From NCBI GenBank assembly GCA_031431875.1, contig JANPEF010000049.1:1-59118 (forward strand): a DNA stretch of 59,118 nucleotides, given 5' to 3'. A program made the position numbers and the translations under genes. The notes under the pieces are model-generated. The model searched no databases. It was not told the DNA's origin and saw only the letters and a program-made list of their open reading frames with translations. Shown piece after piece: positions 57,321 to 59,118 of the stretch. Source of the DNA: Candidatus Eiseniibacteriota bacterium. GTDB lineage: Bacteria; Eisenbacteria; RBG-16-71-46; DASYSL01. Numbering within the stretch: the stretch's first letter is position 1; every line of letters begins with the position of its first letter.

Positions 57321-59118
57321 GAGCGAGCCTCCGGTTCGATGCGAGACGAGTCGCTTGATTTTACCACGGGAGGGAATCGATTGCCGCGGGCATCCCCTTG
57401 AGCGGCACCGCGGAACGACGCGCGGCGCACCGGGCGGATCCCCGGAAAGCGAATGTCGAGACGGCCGAAGAGCCCCCAGGTCCAGGCGTTCCAGGAATGA
57501 ACAGGGTCCGCCTGGGCCGCCGTGCGGGCAGTTCGCAACGCTTCACCCAGGGGCGCTCCCTCGCGGAGGGCGCGTACCAGCGCCACGCTCACGGCCCGCG
57601 CCGGCGCGTCTGCGACCTCCCAGAGGCTGGCCAGCACGGCCTCGGCGCCCGCCCGCAGGAGTCCCCCCGGCAGCCCCTGCCATTGGTTGCGAAACCCGCC
57701 CACCAGCTCCCCCGTCCGGCAGGCGGCAAGCACCACCACACGCGGCGCGCGCCCCTCGGGGGCGAAGTCCGGTACGTGTGCCCAGCGGTCGGCAAGGCGC
57801 ACACCCGAGAGGATCGGTCGATCGACGTCGGCGTGACCGTGCCCGGCGATGTGCAGCCAGTCAACGTCGACGACCGCCCGGCGCAGGCGGGCGACGGTGG
57901 CGTCCGTCCCCATCAGAACGCGCGCCGCCGGGACGAGTCGACTCAAGTCCTCGATCTCGGCCTGCACTTCGGGGAGGTCGTCCCCCCCCAGGCCAACCAA
58001 CAGGACAGCCCGACGATGGCTCGATCGCGCCGGCCGGCGGAGCGCGGCGAGGGTCGGCAGGACCGCGACCGGGACCGGCGACAGTGCGGGCCACGGCAGT
58101 CCGGCCAGGGCACCGTCGGGGACGACCACCAGAGCCTCGACCGCTCCTCCATCGGCCCGGGCCCAGGCGAGGACGTCGTCGAGCAGGCGACCGCGGGCTT
58201 CGGCGAGCACGTCGCCGAGCGCCCGGGCCGCCGAGGGATCACCGGCCGCGCCGGCGCGAGCGTGGTAGCGCATCTCTTCGATCCAGTGCGTGACCTCCGC
58301 ATCGCGCGCGCGCGGCGCGAAAGTGCGGGCGCCGTGCTTGCCGATGGCGAGGACCGCCGGTCCGCGCGCCGTCGAGAACCACTCGAGGGCGAGCGTTCCT
58401 CGAGGCAGGGCGCAACGCGTCGCATTGAGATCGAAGCCGACCCCGGCCGCGCGGGCGCGCGGGGCACCCAGGCGATCAAGGCGTTCGAGTTCGCGCGCGA
58501 CGGCACGGCGCTCCTCCTGCACCACGTCGCTCGGGGGCGCCGATGCGGCGAACGATGCACGGCCTCGACCCCGCGCTTCGAGCCGCAATGCAATCGACTC
58601 GAGACGACGCTCGAGCCTCGCCTGCGCGTCGTCCCGCTCGCGGCTGAGCCTGGGCAATGCCGCCGCGACGCGCTCGAACGCCGAGGCACGCCCGCGCTCG
58701 AGAGCGCGGAACAACGCCGGGGTGCGGCCTGCGGCATACTCGACGGCCACGAGCCGGGGGTAAGCGTCTTCCCACGCCGACCAGTCGGTGGCGCGAACCA
58801 TTTCGCCGCGCACGCGCGCTGCGGTCGACTCGGAAAGCCGCGCCGCGCGCAGGTAAGCGCGCCGCGCCGCAGCCAGGTCGCCACCGCCGAACGCGAAGTC
58901 GCCCTCGAGGCAGGCGACACGAAAGGCGAGGAAGGACGAGCCGGCCGCACGCGCGCAGACCCGGGCGCGGGCCACCGCCGACGCGCCGGCGGCGCGGGCC
59001 CGGCTTGCGCGGACGAGTTCGGCGCGACCCGCCGCGACCCACGCCATGCCCTCGCGTTCGTGATCGCCCTCGCGAGCGAACTCGCCCGCCGCGCGGCGTG
59101 CGCGCTGCGCGGCGGCGG
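57317..59118 (-). CDS. TPR/helical + CHAT (caspase-like) domain protein, 5'-truncated by the window edge
   Basis: LVVVPDGAL..LPW.AL, LP.VQAEI, ATV, LHIAGHG (His), VVLAAC.TG (Cys), GA.AVLASLW.V.D. The frame stays open to the window end. Confidence 0.9.
   Translation of the reverse strand, partial: AAAQRARRAAGEFAREGDHEREGMAWVAAGRAELVRASRARAAGASAVARARVCARAAGSSFLAFRVACLEGDFAFGGGDLAAARRAYLRAARLSESTAARVRGEMVRATDWSAWEDAYPRLVAVEYAAGRTPALFRALERGRASAFERVAAALPRLSRERDDAQARLERRLESIALRLEARGRGRASFAASAPPSDVVQEERRAVARELERLDRLGAPRARAAGVGFDLNATRCALPRGTLALEWFSTARGPAVLAIGKHGARTFAPRARDAEVTHWIEEMRYHARAGAAGDPSAARALGDVLAEARGRLLDDVLAWARADGGAVEALVVVPDGALAGLPWPALSPVPVAVLPTLAALRRPARSSHRRAVLLVGLGGDDLPEVQAEIEDLSRLVPAARVLMGTDATVARLRRAVVDVDWLHIAGHGHADVDRPILSGVRLADRWAHVPDFAPEGRAPRVVVLAACRTGELVGGFRNQWQGLPGGLLRAGAEAVLASLWEVADAPARAVSVALVRALREGAPLGEALRTARTAAQADPVHSWNAWTWGLFGRLDIRFPGIRPVRRASFRGAAQGDARGNRFPPVVKSSDSSRIEPEARS
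57358..57366 (-). promoter_or_regulatory. Candidate extended -10 promoter for the S8 gene, inside the CHAT 3' end
   Basis: Minus strand TG-G-TAAAAT about 38 nt upstream of the S8 start, followed by GGAGG. Confidence 0.45.

Overview
A very GC-rich, gene-dense bacterial chromosome segment with about 47 CDSs. I saw no rRNA, tRNA, CRISPR array, integrase or transposase. Housekeeping blocks are a complete reductive pyrimidine catabolism operon (mmsA, beta-ureidopropionase, hydA, class-III aminotransferase, preT, preA, NCS1 permease) with pheA coupled to its end, hemE-hemH-hemY, an rrf2-sufBCDSUT operon, yebC, ALDH7 plus an alkyltransferase-like gene, MgtC/DUF4010 and a YfiT/DinB protein. The accessory content is a diderm-type secretome. 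Four exported proteins end in a FlgD-Ig/T9SS-like C-terminal domain. Three signal-peptide proteins from two unrelated families end in the same 16-17 aa tail, V-[PA]-A-x3-[ST]-W-G-x-V-K-x2-Y-[RH]; this candidate uncharacterised C-terminal sorting signal is the top finding. The right end is a co-directional, mostly translationally coupled 11-gene cluster of unknown product: CHAT protease, S8 lipoprotein, outer-membrane barrel, PQQ-like propeller, lipoprotein, three glycosyltransferases, ABC exporter, phosphotransferase and lipoprotein. Smaller findings are a probable CTG-initiated multi-zinc-ribbon gene whose first 92 codons the ORF track misses, several apparently leaderless genes, and a palindromic operator over the suf promoter. 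GC content and secretome style suggest an FCB-group lineage such as Ca. Eisenbacteria (inference only). I re-picked many start codons by eye from RBS, overlap and homology, and all family assignments come from motif recognition, not database searches.
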